The translations under genes were made by a program, and so were the position numbers. DNA of 64,000 bases from Singulisphaera sp. GP187 (GTDB lineage: Bacteria; Planctomycetota; GCA-002687715): assembly GCA_945907755.1 (NCBI GenBank), contig CAMDTN010000004.1, positions 20,873 to 84,872 on the forward strand, given 5' to 3'. This document shows, piece by piece, positions 29,130 through 37,416 of this stretch (positions are counted from its first letter, which is position 1; each line of letters opens with the position of its first letter). The notes beneath the pieces were generated by a model. That model saw only the letters and a program-made list of their open reading frames with translations, ran no database searches and was not told the origin of the DNA.

Positions 29130-31022
29130 ATGAGCACCACACGGCATCCAACTGCAGCAATGCTCGGTTGGGTGCCGTGCTTCATTTTTCTGGTGACAAC
29201 GGCGCTGCTGCCAACAGTGTGCGCGCAAGATCCCTTTGGTTCGGCCTTCGGTGTTGCGTCTGGGTCTGGTTCCTATTCGGCACCGCCGGGCACTGCCCCG
29301 CCAATGGGCCAAGTCGATCCCGTGGGCGAACCCACAGACCCTGCGGCACCTGGAAGTGGCGCTGCAAGCGGAGCCCCTGTCGGCAAGACAAAATTTGGTG
29401 TGGCCGGCCGCGCGCGCGCGCGCTCGACTGCGCGCACGCCCACATGGCAACTGTGGTGGGGCATGAATGGCGAGCATTGGTTGCGCTCGCGTTCGCTCAC
29501 GCGTCAGCACGGGCTGGCTGGCTCCGTAGATGCTGCATTTTCCGCACTGCCGCGTTTCGAACCCATCGGACAGTCCCGCGCGCGCCGCGAGATTGTGCCG
29601 TTCCTCTTGCAACAACTGAACGCCGAATCACCAGCCATGCGCGCCTCCACGGTGATCGCGCTCGGGCGCATCTGCACTCACAAAGACAGCGCCGTGCAAT
29701 CGCGCGTGCGTTTGATGTTGACCGATCCCCAGTTGGATGTGCGTGCCGCGTGCCTCTTGGCGCTTGGTTTCATCGGATCAGAAGCGACGCTTCCAGAACT
29801 CATGGCCGTTGCGTTAGACGCCCCCTTCGGGCGCATGCTGCTGCACCAAAACAGAGAGATCCCAAATCAGTTGCGCTCGGTCGCGTGCATCGCACTGGGC
29901 ATGGTGTGCGCACGCAGCGGCAGCCCTTTGGCGACGAGTGCCACCCAGATGTTGCTGCGCATTGCTGCTGGCAACGAGCCTTCCGGAGACCTGAGAGGTT
30001 CCGCCATCTTGGCACTGGCTTTGTATTCGCCGCACAGTGCAGTGCCGCGGCTGATCGCGCTTGCGGGCGACACGGAACTCGAGCAGTCCTTGCGGGCTCA
30101 TGCCCTCACGACGCTGGGGCGCATCGGGGACCCGGCAGCAATCAAGCCTGTCGTTGCTGCTTTGCAGGATGAGCGCGGCCTCGTAGTCGCTGCTGCTGCA
30201 ACAGCTCTCGGCTTCCTCTGCAAACCTGACGATGACACTTCCTTAGCTGCGCTGCGCGCTGTAGCTGAAGGCAACGGCGACCGCCTCGCTGTGTCCGCCG
30301 CGATTCTCGCGTTGGGTGAATGTGGGCCAGCAGACACGCGCGAATTCTTGATGCAATTGCTGCAAGCTGATGCTCCATTCACCAGTGCTCACGCGGCACT
30401 CGCGTTGGGCGTGCATTGCAAGCGCTTGCCTCATGCGGCAACGGCCAGCGCCCTCACGGCAGCGTGGAACCGGTGCTCGAACTTGCAAGAAAAAGGCGCA
30501 TTCGGTGTGGCCTTGGCTATGGCGAAAGCTCCGGATGCAGCGCGGCTACTTGAAGCAGAGCTCAGCGCACGCTCTGTCGATCGTGAACTCGCAGCGTTTT
30601 TGAGCACAGCCTTAGGGATGCTGGGCGACCGACGCAGCGCCTTGGCTTTGCTGCCATGGATTTCACAAACCCGCGATCTGCACATGCGCGTGCGCGCCAC
30701 GCAAGGCGCGCTGATGCTGCACAGCGAGGAAGCTGTGCCGTTGTTGATTCAATTGCTGCCTGCAAGCCGCTCGTCCCAGGGATCATTCACCGCGACAGTG
30801 CATGCGCTGGGACTTAGCAGCGATGCGCGCGCGCTGCCCCCGTTGATCCAAGGTGCCGTCGATGAATCTGGCACGCTGCCCGAACTGTCCCGCGCAGCAG
30901 CCGTAGCTGCCTTGGGGATATTGGCTGACAAGGACCACGACTCGTTGCTGCTGGGTTTGCGCCGTGGGGCGCTGTATGGCGCGACAGGCGGCGCGTTGTC
31001 AGCACTGCTCAGAGTGCAGTAG
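29130..31022 (+). CDS. Exported HEAT-repeat protein 2 (paralogue of 27185-29122)
   Basis: Same architecture as protein 1: signal peptide (MLGWVPCFIFLVTTALLPTVCAQ), low-complexity region, Trp motif TWQLWWGMNGEHW, HEAT-like repeats and a similar C-terminal end. It starts 7 nt after the upstream stop. ATG 29160 is an alternative start. Confidence 0.78.
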   Translation: MSTTRHPTAAMLGWVPCFIFLVTTALLPTVCAQDPFGSAFGVASGSGSYSAPPGTAPPMGQVDPVGEPTDPAAPGSGAASGAPVGKTKFGVAGRARARSTARTPTWQLWWGMNGEHWLRSRSLTRQHGLAGSVDAAFSALPRFEPIGQSRARREIVPFLLQQLNAESPAMRASTVIALGRICTHKDSAVQSRVRLMLTDPQLDVRAACLLALGFIGSEATLPELMAVALDAPFGRMLLHQNREIPNQLRSVACIALGMVCARSGSPLATSATQMLLRIAAGNEPSGDLRGSAILALALYSPHSAVPRLIALAGDTELEQSLRAHALTTLGRIGDPAAIKPVVAALQDERGLVVAAAATALGFLCKPDDDTSLAALRAVAEGNGDRLAVSAAILALGECGPADTREFLMQLLQADAPFTSAHAALALGVHCKRLPHAATASALTAAWNRCSNLQEKGAFGVALAMAKAPDAARLLEAELSARSVDRELAAFLSTALGMLGDRRSALALLPWISQTRDLHMRVRATQGALMLHSEEAVPLLIQLLPASRSSQGSFTATVHALGLSSDARALPPLIQGAVDESGTLPELSRAAAVAALGILADKDHDSLLLGLRRGALYGATGGALSALLRVQ

Positions 31023-31554
31023 GCACTTTGCCGGCACGCCACAGTAGCCAGGCCACGCTGCAGGCGGCGCAAATGCCAAGCAACAAAGTCCATAGTTGTG
31101 CGTGATGCGCTTCTTCCATGCGTTGCTGCAGAGCGTTGGCTTGGGCCCACGCAGCACGGCGCAAGTCACCAGCTTGCGAGAAGGCCAGCAGCGCACCTTT
31201 GCGCTCGAAGCTCAACAGCAGCAAGTCGCCTTCCAGTGCGCGCAAGGCAGCCGCATTCGGGTCGGCATGCAGCAGAAGCTGAGCATCCGCCATGGCAGGC
31301 CCGAGCAGCTTCATCTCACTGAGCGCGACGGCGCGCCAGTAGCGCACAACTGGATCATCGGTGACCAGCACCTCACTCGCCTGCTGCACGAAGCCGCGCA
31401 GCCCAGCACTGCTCTCACGAAACTCTTGCAGCGCCCGCTGCAGCACCGACGAGCGCTGGCCGTTGTCCTGCACTCCCGCAAGCCGCTCTTGCAGACTCAC
31501 TTGGCCCGGCAACAGCGCCGCAACGACCCACAACGCAAGCAGACAACGCCGCAT
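31009..31554 (-). CDS. Hypothetical protein with signal peptide and C-terminal TM anchor
   Basis: Start at MRRCLLALWVVAALLPGQV. C-terminal TM LWTLLLGICAACSVAWLLW. The ATG is 1 nt after the upstream stop. Confidence 0.55.
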   Translation of the reverse strand: MRRCLLALWVVAALLPGQVSLQERLAGVQDNGQRSSVLQRALQEFRESSAGLRGFVQQASEVLVTDDPVVRYWRAVALSEMKLLGPAMADAQLLLHADPNAAALRALEGDLLLLSFERKGALLAFSQAGDLRRAAWAQANALQQRMEEAHHAQLWTLLLGICAACSVAWLLWRAGKVPTAL

Positions 31555-31555
31555 G

Positions 31556-33103
31556 TCAGCGTTCCCTCGCGAGCTGTTCGAGTGGCGCGAGATCATCGGT
31601 CAGAACCCGTGCGGTAGAGGCGGCGGACGGTGTCCAACGCACGCCGCGCGCGCTAATCAACACCGATTGCAGAACTGCGGGCGCGGCCAGCGGCAGCATG
31701 TTGCGCCCTGGCTCCACTGAGCAGAGCAAGATCACGCTCCAAGCGCCAGGCACACTGATGGCTTCGATGCTCGCAAACTGTTCCTGCAGCGTGGCCAGCA
31801 GCGCACGCATCAATGGCGATTCCAGATCCTGCGTGCTGACATTCACTGCGCAGAGGCCCATCGGCGCCAAATGACTGCGTGCCAGTTCGAGAAACTCGCG
31901 TGTGAAGAGATGCGCCGGAATGGCCAGTTGGCGTGCAAAGGCATCCAATACGATCAAATCGAAACGCTGATCCAACGCCGCAAGGCAGCGGCGCGCGTCG
32001 GCGGCAAGCACACGATCACAGGGCGCTGTTGGTGTGCCCATCGCTGTTGCAACTGCGCTGACAGCCGGGTCCAGTTCTACCGAAGTGATGGCACCCAAGC
32101 GCGCTCCAGCGGTGCTGCGCAGCAAGTGCGTCAATGTGCCTGCGCCTCCGCCCAAAATCAAAGTCTGCGGTTGTGTGCGCTGTTCGCATGCTGTCAAGGC
32201 AGCAAGGGCGAGCGTGTCGTAGTACTGGCCCGTGAGTGCTTGGCCTTCGACGCGCAGCGAATGAAACTCCCCGAGTCCCTCATCCAGTGCGAGCCGCAGT
32301 TCTGTTCTTCCTTGGTCAGTGCGCACGCGGGACAAGTGCAGGTGCTGGTAATCCGATTCTTGCAGCAGCAGGCGCTCGATTTCGACATCGTCAGTTCCAT
32401 CCGCAGGCCATGCGCGCGCATCGGGCCCCGCTGCGGCATTCATGAAAAGCCCAGCAAGCACGAATAGACAGAGTGCGATCCCACGCCATGATCCACGAGT
32501 CAGCAACAGCACTACTAACGCGTAGCACACGGCCGCACAGCTCAGCACACCGCGCGGTCCGAGGGCATGAAGCGCTGCACCATTCACTGCAAACACAGCC
32601 AGCAGTCCTCCACAGGTAGAAGCCGTCAGCAGAGCACCGAGCGACTGCTTTCCATACGACACCAACAAGGGTGTCAACGCGCTCATGCACATCACTGGAG
32701 TGGCCAACACCGACAATGAAAGCGCCAGACTGCCGAGGGTGAGCGCGCTGCGTGCTTCCGGCGGCGTGCTGCCCACGGGCAACACGAGGCCTTCCGCAAT
32801 CCAAGGAACGAGCAGTGCGCCAAGCACCAAGGTCACGCATGCGCCCCCGCCGACCAGAACAGCACGTGCCCGCAATTGACCGCACCGCGTCATGCGTCCG
32901 CCCAGCAGTGCGCCAGCGGCACCAGCAGCAAGCAGCACGGCGATGACGTTGCTCCAGACCGGTGCTGAAGTGCCGAACCAAGGGGCGAACGCGCGCACCG
33001 CTGTGATTTCTGTGCCTAACCAGCCCGCACCGCAAAGAAACGCTGCGCCCAGCGCCGTGTGCCGGCTGATCCCTGCCTCGCTTTGTGCAGCAGCGTCACT
33101 CAC
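31556..33103 (-). CDS. Membrane-fused spermidine-synthase-like protein (polytopic N-terminal domain plus SAM-fold aminopropyltransferase-like domain)
   Basis: About 6 hydrophobic helices, then LILGGGAGTLTHLL, VELDPAV and DLIVLDAF, which resemble SpeE motifs. The start is uncertain: GTG 33103 lies 10 nt after the upstream stop, while the ORF-track start 33280 would overlap the upstream gene by 167 nt. Confidence 0.7.
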   Translation of the reverse strand: MSDAAAQSEAGISRHTALGAAFLCGAGWLGTEITAVRAFAPWFGTSAPVWSNVIAVLLAAGAAGALLGGRMTRCGQLRARAVLVGGGACVTLVLGALLVPWIAEGLVLPVGSTPPEARSALTLGSLALSLSVLATPVMCMSALTPLLVSYGKQSLGALLTASTCGGLLAVFAVNGAALHALGPRGVLSCAAVCYALVVLLLTRGSWRGIALCLFVLAGLFMNAAAGPDARAWPADGTDDVEIERLLLQESDYQHLHLSRVRTDQGRTELRLALDEGLGEFHSLRVEGQALTGQYYDTLALAALTACEQRTQPQTLILGGGAGTLTHLLRSTAGARLGAITSVELDPAVSAVATAMGTPTAPCDRVLAADARRCLAALDQRFDLIVLDAFARQLAIPAHLFTREFLELARSHLAPMGLCAVNVSTQDLESPLMRALLATLQEQFASIEAISVPGAWSVILLCSVEPGRNMLPLAAPAVLQSVLISARGVRWTPSAASTARVLTDDLAPLEQLARER

Positions 33104-33113
33104 GCCGCTGCTA

Positions 33114-34547
33114 TTAGCCGCCACTCTTGGGCGCTTCGGGCTGTTCGGGCGCGGGAACGGTGATGCGCAACTCACCCACGACCATAGCGCTCGGGTCAGT
33201 GGGGTTGTCGTCGGAGAACCCCAGCATGTAATCAAGGCTGCGCTCAACCTTGGCTTCAAGAACTTCCTTGTCGTTGACAAATACCTTCACCGGCTTGTCC
33301 AAATCCAGCATGCGGTCGTTCAGATACAAACGGCATGCCTGTAGGTTCTGGCTCTTAATGCGTACGGCGTTGGCAGCACGGTCCAATTCAGCGGACACGA
33401 CCACGCTGAGCCCGGCTTCTTTGTCAGCATCACCGCGATCGATCACCAACCACGCAGTACGGCGATAACGGCTGAGGTCGTCAGTGACATACGCGAGGGA
33501 ATCAGGGAAGGGTTTACGCTGCCGCGCCGCAAAGAAAGCAAGTATCTCAGCACTAGCGTCGACCACAGGGTCCACCTTCTGCGAACCTAACGCTGCCTTG
33601 ACTTTACCGGGATCTAACGCCGGAAACGTCTTCAACTCGAGGTCTAATGCATTCGCGGCCTTCAGGGCATCCAACTGGGTGCGCAGCGTCTTGCCGTCCT
33701 CGGATGCGAACAATTGATCCTCGCGGCTCACGATCATAATGCCCGCTTGGCTCTTCAAGTTCACCAAAAAGTTCTGCGCTTTGGGGCTCGCATTGCGCAC
33801 CGCCACCGCCGCAAACAATTTTGGTTGCAGCGACGCGAGGTCCAATCCTGCACGGCCCCCTTCACCGCAGCCTTCCAAGAAGATTCGAGTGGTGTCGATG
33901 TTGCAGAGCTTCAGCGCTTCGCTGATGCACTTGGCGATGCCGAAGTAATGCACCGGCCCATACCAGTCCACGCGCATTTGGTCGCTGGCTTTCTTGCCCA
34001 CGGTGCGCTCACCGATGGATGGAGCGATGATCACAAACTGGTCGCGCAGCTCGCGCAGTTCTTTGTCGTTGCGCAGCAAGACTTCGTTCAGGTACTTCTC
34101 GCCGTTGCTGCCTTTGTCGTGGAGCGCAACAATCAAAGGCCAAGTCTTACGGCCGTCATACAGCGGCGGCACATACAAAGTGAAATCGAAACCGATTTCC
34201 TTGCCGCGCTCTGCATGGTCCGCACGCAGATTGCGCGCGCGCCCGCAGCCGTCAGGTTTCTGCACTTTGCCCTTTGCATTCACCCGCGCAAATACGTCCA
34301 CCCAAGAATCCACATGGCGCAGGATGTCTTCGCCCTTGTGGGCCTCGCGCACTTTTTCGATGGCGAGCTTCTGGGCGTCACGGGCCTTGTCCAAGGCCTT
34401 CTCTGCTTTTGCCCCAACCCCACCCTTGGCACCGCGCACATCGCTCACAACCCCAGCCAACGTCTCACGCTCCGCTTCGGTCAACCCGGGCTGCTGCGCG
34501 CACACGACGGGCAACAACATGACCAAACACAACATCGCGATTTTCAT
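33114..34547 (-). CDS. Secreted alpha/beta-hydrolase-like protein (esterase/PHB-depolymerase fold) apparently lacking the nucleophile Ser
   Basis: Signal peptide MKIAMLCLVMLLPVVCAQQ. YVPPLYDGRKTWPLIVALHDKGSNG resembles esterase N-terminal motifs. The nucleophile elbow reads FLEGCGEGG (Gly where GxSxGG has Ser). A C-terminal extension of about 200 aa follows. Confidence 0.55.
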   Translation of the reverse strand: MKIAMLCLVMLLPVVCAQQPGLTEAERETLAGVVSDVRGAKGGVGAKAEKALDKARDAQKLAIEKVREAHKGEDILRHVDSWVDVFARVNAKGKVQKPDGCGRARNLRADHAERGKEIGFDFTLYVPPLYDGRKTWPLIVALHDKGSNGEKYLNEVLLRNDKELRELRDQFVIIAPSIGERTVGKKASDQMRVDWYGPVHYFGIAKCISEALKLCNIDTTRIFLEGCGEGGRAGLDLASLQPKLFAAVAVRNASPKAQNFLVNLKSQAGIMIVSREDQLFASEDGKTLRTQLDALKAANALDLELKTFPALDPGKVKAALGSQKVDPVVDASAEILAFFAARQRKPFPDSLAYVTDDLSRYRRTAWLVIDRGDADKEAGLSVVVSAELDRAANAVRIKSQNLQACRLYLNDRMLDLDKPVKVFVNDKEVLEAKVERSLDYMLGFSDDNPTDPSAMVVGELRITVPAPEQPEAPKSGG

Positions 34548-34641
34548 GAGTGGTTCCGAGAGCGGCACGCACGATTCGTGCGTCCGCAAGTGGATGGTAC
34601 GGGGGCGGCTTCTGCGCCGTCAACCGCGGTGGTGCGGAGCG

Positions 34642-36168
34642 TCAATTGCTGGCTCCGACAACCCACGGATGGGCGGCTCTGATGCGTGCATACAGCGCGC
34701 GCGGCCGTCCAGGTTCGCGCTCCAAAGCAGCACCCGACTCACCCAGCGATTCGTCGCGCCGCCCTTGCACCGCCAGCAACATCGCAAGATTCTCCCGCGC
34801 ATCCACGCTGCCATCGTGCACGCTCAGGCTCTTCTTCAGCGCCGCTTCAGCGCCGGCTGCGTCGCCCGTGCCGGCCAAGGCCAGCCCAAGAAAGTTCCAA
34901 GCCTTTGCGTTGGTCGGCGGATCGACATCCTCACGCGCAGCAAGCGCCCGATACACGCGCAGGCCTTCGTCGCGCCGCCCTGCTTGGTAGAGCAGCACTC
35001 CAAGGTTGAGTTCATCCAGCGCGTCTTGGCTCATAGCCGCGACGATGCCTTGGATGCCGCAAGACGACGCGAATTGCTGCTTGGCAACCAGCGCGCCGAC
35101 TAACCCGCGGAGCGCAGCGGCAACGGCGGCGGGATCCAAAGTCCCAGCAGCGTGGGCACGCAGCAATTCGGCACGAGCATCTTCCAAACGATTCAGCCCC
35201 AACAGCGTGGTGCCGAGTTTGAAATGACCTTCGGCGGCCCCGGGACGGCGTTGGAGGTAGGCCTCAAAACAAATCAGCGCTGCGCTGTAGCGCCCAGCCG
35301 CTTCGTCAAGGGCACCTCGATACCAAAGCAACACGGCACCCTTCTCTGCGCTGATGAATTCCGCTGCTTGCGCCAGTGCGCGCTGTAACCATGCATCGGG
35401 CCGCTCTGCTTCATATGCGCCGATGAAGCTTGTGTACAACTCTGGAGATTCCGGAAAGCGCTGGGCACTGGCAAGAAAGACTTCCAGCACCTGCTCTCGC
35501 TGGCGGCCAGCAAGGGCAACGCGCAGTTGCAGCAAGGCTAGCGCTTGGTCTGCGGGATGCTGCGCCACGGCAAGTGCAAGCGCAGTGGCAGCAGCAGCCG
35601 TACGCCCGGCGTCACGCAAAATCGTTGCGCGCAGCCGCGCCACCGACAACTGGTTTGCGCGAGCCCCTTCGGCCGCGTCAATGGCATCCAGCGCTGCATC
35701 GAACTCCCCTGCCATGTGGCGCGCCTCTGCTTCCCACGACGCCGTATCAAACACCGGCCCGCCCAATCGCCTTGCCTCTTTGTAGGCCGCGGCGGCGTCG
35801 CCAAAGGTGGCACGGATCAGTCCACCACCGCCCCGCGCCCGCGCAGCGCTGTCTTCACCGAGAGCGAATAGGACATGCCCAACCGAAGTGTGAGTTGCTG
35901 GATCTTCAGGAGCTTTCGCCACCGCGAGATCCGCCATCCCGCGCGCATGCGGGAACTGGCCCAAAGCGAGCGCTGCTTCTGCTGCGATCATGCACATCCC
36001 AGCGCTGGCCGCATCGCTACCAAGAGCACGGCGCACATGGTCCAACACCCCGACCGCATCCCCGCGATCCAACTGGGCGCGCAATGCCACAACTTGGGAG
36101 TCTTGCGCAAACGCGCTTTGCGCCACCAGCCACGCGCAACAGCAAACGATTTGGGAAATGCGTTTCAT
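34642..36168 (-). CDS. Secreted TPR-repeat protein
   Basis: Signal peptide MKRISQIVCCCAWLVAQSAFAQD. The protein is Ala/Leu-rich with TPR-like helical repeats throughout. Confidence 0.7.
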   Translation of the reverse strand: MKRISQIVCCCAWLVAQSAFAQDSQVVALRAQLDRGDAVGVLDHVRRALGSDAASAGMCMIAAEAALALGQFPHARGMADLAVAKAPEDPATHTSVGHVLFALGEDSAARARGGGGLIRATFGDAAAAYKEARRLGGPVFDTASWEAEARHMAGEFDAALDAIDAAEGARANQLSVARLRATILRDAGRTAAAATALALAVAQHPADQALALLQLRVALAGRQREQVLEVFLASAQRFPESPELYTSFIGAYEAERPDAWLQRALAQAAEFISAEKGAVLLWYRGALDEAAGRYSAALICFEAYLQRRPGAAEGHFKLGTTLLGLNRLEDARAELLRAHAAGTLDPAAVAAALRGLVGALVAKQQFASSCGIQGIVAAMSQDALDELNLGVLLYQAGRRDEGLRVYRALAAREDVDPPTNAKAWNFLGLALAGTGDAAGAEAALKKSLSVHDGSVDARENLAMLLAVQGRRDESLGESGAALEREPGRPRALYARIRAAHPWVVGASN

Positions 36169-36273
36169 AGGCCCTCAGCATGTATCTACGGCATACATCG
36201 GTTTGATGCACAACGGCCGCACGGTACGATACGCGCGATTCTAAACCTTCGGGGCAGCTTGATTTAGCCGCAC

Positions 36274-37416
36274 ATGCAGAAAGTCGCCATCTTTGGCTCT
36301 ACCGGTTCCGTGGGCCGTCAGGCACTGGCGGTAATCGATGCCCACCCGGGTGAATTCCAGGTGGTTGTTCTGGCTGCAGGCTCTTCCGCCGCGGCGTTGG
36401 CCGAGCAGGTGCGCCGCTTTCGCCCTGCTCATGTCGTGCTCGGAGACGAAGCGGCCCTTCCTGCCCTGCGCGCTGCTCTGAGCGGGGTGGATGTTGCAAT
36501 CCATGCCGGAGCAGAAGACTTGGCTGCGTGCGCTGCACTGCCTGAAGTCGATTGTGTGATTGCTGCCATGACAGGGGTGCGAGGGCTTCCCGTTTCCTTG
36601 GCGGCGGTCACTGCGGGCAAGCGCTTGGCGCTTGCGAATAAAGAAAGCATGGTCGCGGCGGGTCCACTCCTACGCGCCGCCGCCGCGCGCAGCGGTGCGC
36701 AAATCTTGCCTGTGGATTCCGAGCACTCCGCTATTCACCAGTGCCTCAGCGCCGGAACGCCCGAAGAAGTGGCGCGCATCATCCTCACCGCCTCAGGCGG
36801 CCCGTTCCGCACTCGCAGCGCCGACACATTTGCCCAAATCACCGTTGCCGAAGCCCTACGCCACCCAACTTGGTCGATGGGCCCAAAGATTTCCATCGAT
36901 TCCGCAACCATGATGAACAAGGCACTCGAAATCGTCGAGGCCCGTCACTTGTTCGATATCGAGGCCGAGCGCATCGCCGTCACCGTTCATCCTCAGTCTG
37001 TGGTGCATTCACTCGTGGAATTCCGCGATGGAACTGTCATGGCGCAGATGAGCGCACCAGACATGCGCTTGCCGCTGCAATATGCGATGTCTTGGCCGCG
37101 ACGCATGGCCTTCCCCGCACCTGGCTTTCAAGTGAGCCTGTTCCAAACACTCACTTTCGAAGAGCCGGATTTCCAGCGCTTCCCTAGCCTGCTGTTGGGT
37201 ATGGATGCAGCTCGCCGCGGCGGCACGGCAGGTGCAGTGCTGAATGCTGCCAATGAAATTGCGGTAGAACGATTTGTCGCTGGGGAAATCAACTTCCCTG
37301 CGATCTCCGAACATGTGGGTCGGGTGCTGGCGCGTCACCGCTGCGTAGCTGCCGATTCCGTGCGCACGGTGCTGGATGCCGATCACTGGGCCCGAGAAGA
37401 GATGCTGCGATGCTAA
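36274..37416 (+). CDS. dxr: 1-Deoxy-D-xylulose-5-phosphate reductoisomerase
   Basis: MQKVAIFGSTGSVGRQAL NADPH-binding motif, LANKESMV, and SEHSAIHQC. Confidence 0.95.
   Translation: MQKVAIFGSTGSVGRQALAVIDAHPGEFQVVVLAAGSSAAALAEQVRRFRPAHVVLGDEAALPALRAALSGVDVAIHAGAEDLAACAALPEVDCVIAAMTGVRGLPVSLAAVTAGKRLALANKESMVAAGPLLRAAAARSGAQILPVDSEHSAIHQCLSAGTPEEVARIILTASGGPFRTRSADTFAQITVAEALRHPTWSMGPKISIDSATMMNKALEIVEARHLFDIEAERIAVTVHPQSVVHSLVEFRDGTVMAQMSAPDMRLPLQYAMSWPRRMAFPAPGFQVSLFQTLTFEEPDFQRFPSLLLGMDAARRGGTAGAVLNAANEIAVERFVAGEINFPAISEHVGRVLARHRCVAADSVRTVLDADHWAREEMLRC

Noticed and set aside
27587-29185. Very long antisense ORFs: 532 aa opposite HEAT gene 1, 462 aa at 51948-53336 opposite fabD/fabH, 328 aa at 4955-5941, and 369 aa at 33994-35103.
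   Set aside because: These are typical shadow ORFs of GC-rich DNA. Their translations are low-complexity Arg/Ala/His-rich with no motifs, whereas the opposite strands encode clear domain proteins.
30010-30025. Sigma-54-like TGGCACTGGCTTTGTA in the sense orientation inside HEAT gene 2. A similar site, TGGCACATATCTTGGC, lies at 61943-61958 inside the MTHFR fusion gene.
   Set aside because: Both are intragenic and have mismatches in the critical -12 GC/TTGC element. Neither has a plausible downstream start.
34595-34610. TGGTACGGGGGCGGCT on the plus strand between two minus-strand genes. It resembles the -24 half of the two good promoters and keeps GG-N10-GC spacing.
   Set aside because: It has no TTGC at -12 and no plus-strand gene downstream, so it would only make RNA antisense to the TPR gene. 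I kept it only as a weak curiosity.
36180-36198. AT-rich inverted repeat ATGTAT-N7-ATACAT in the dxr / TPR divergent promoter region.
   Set aside because: It is short and could be a -10-like AT-rich promoter element rather than an operator. There is no second copy in the window.
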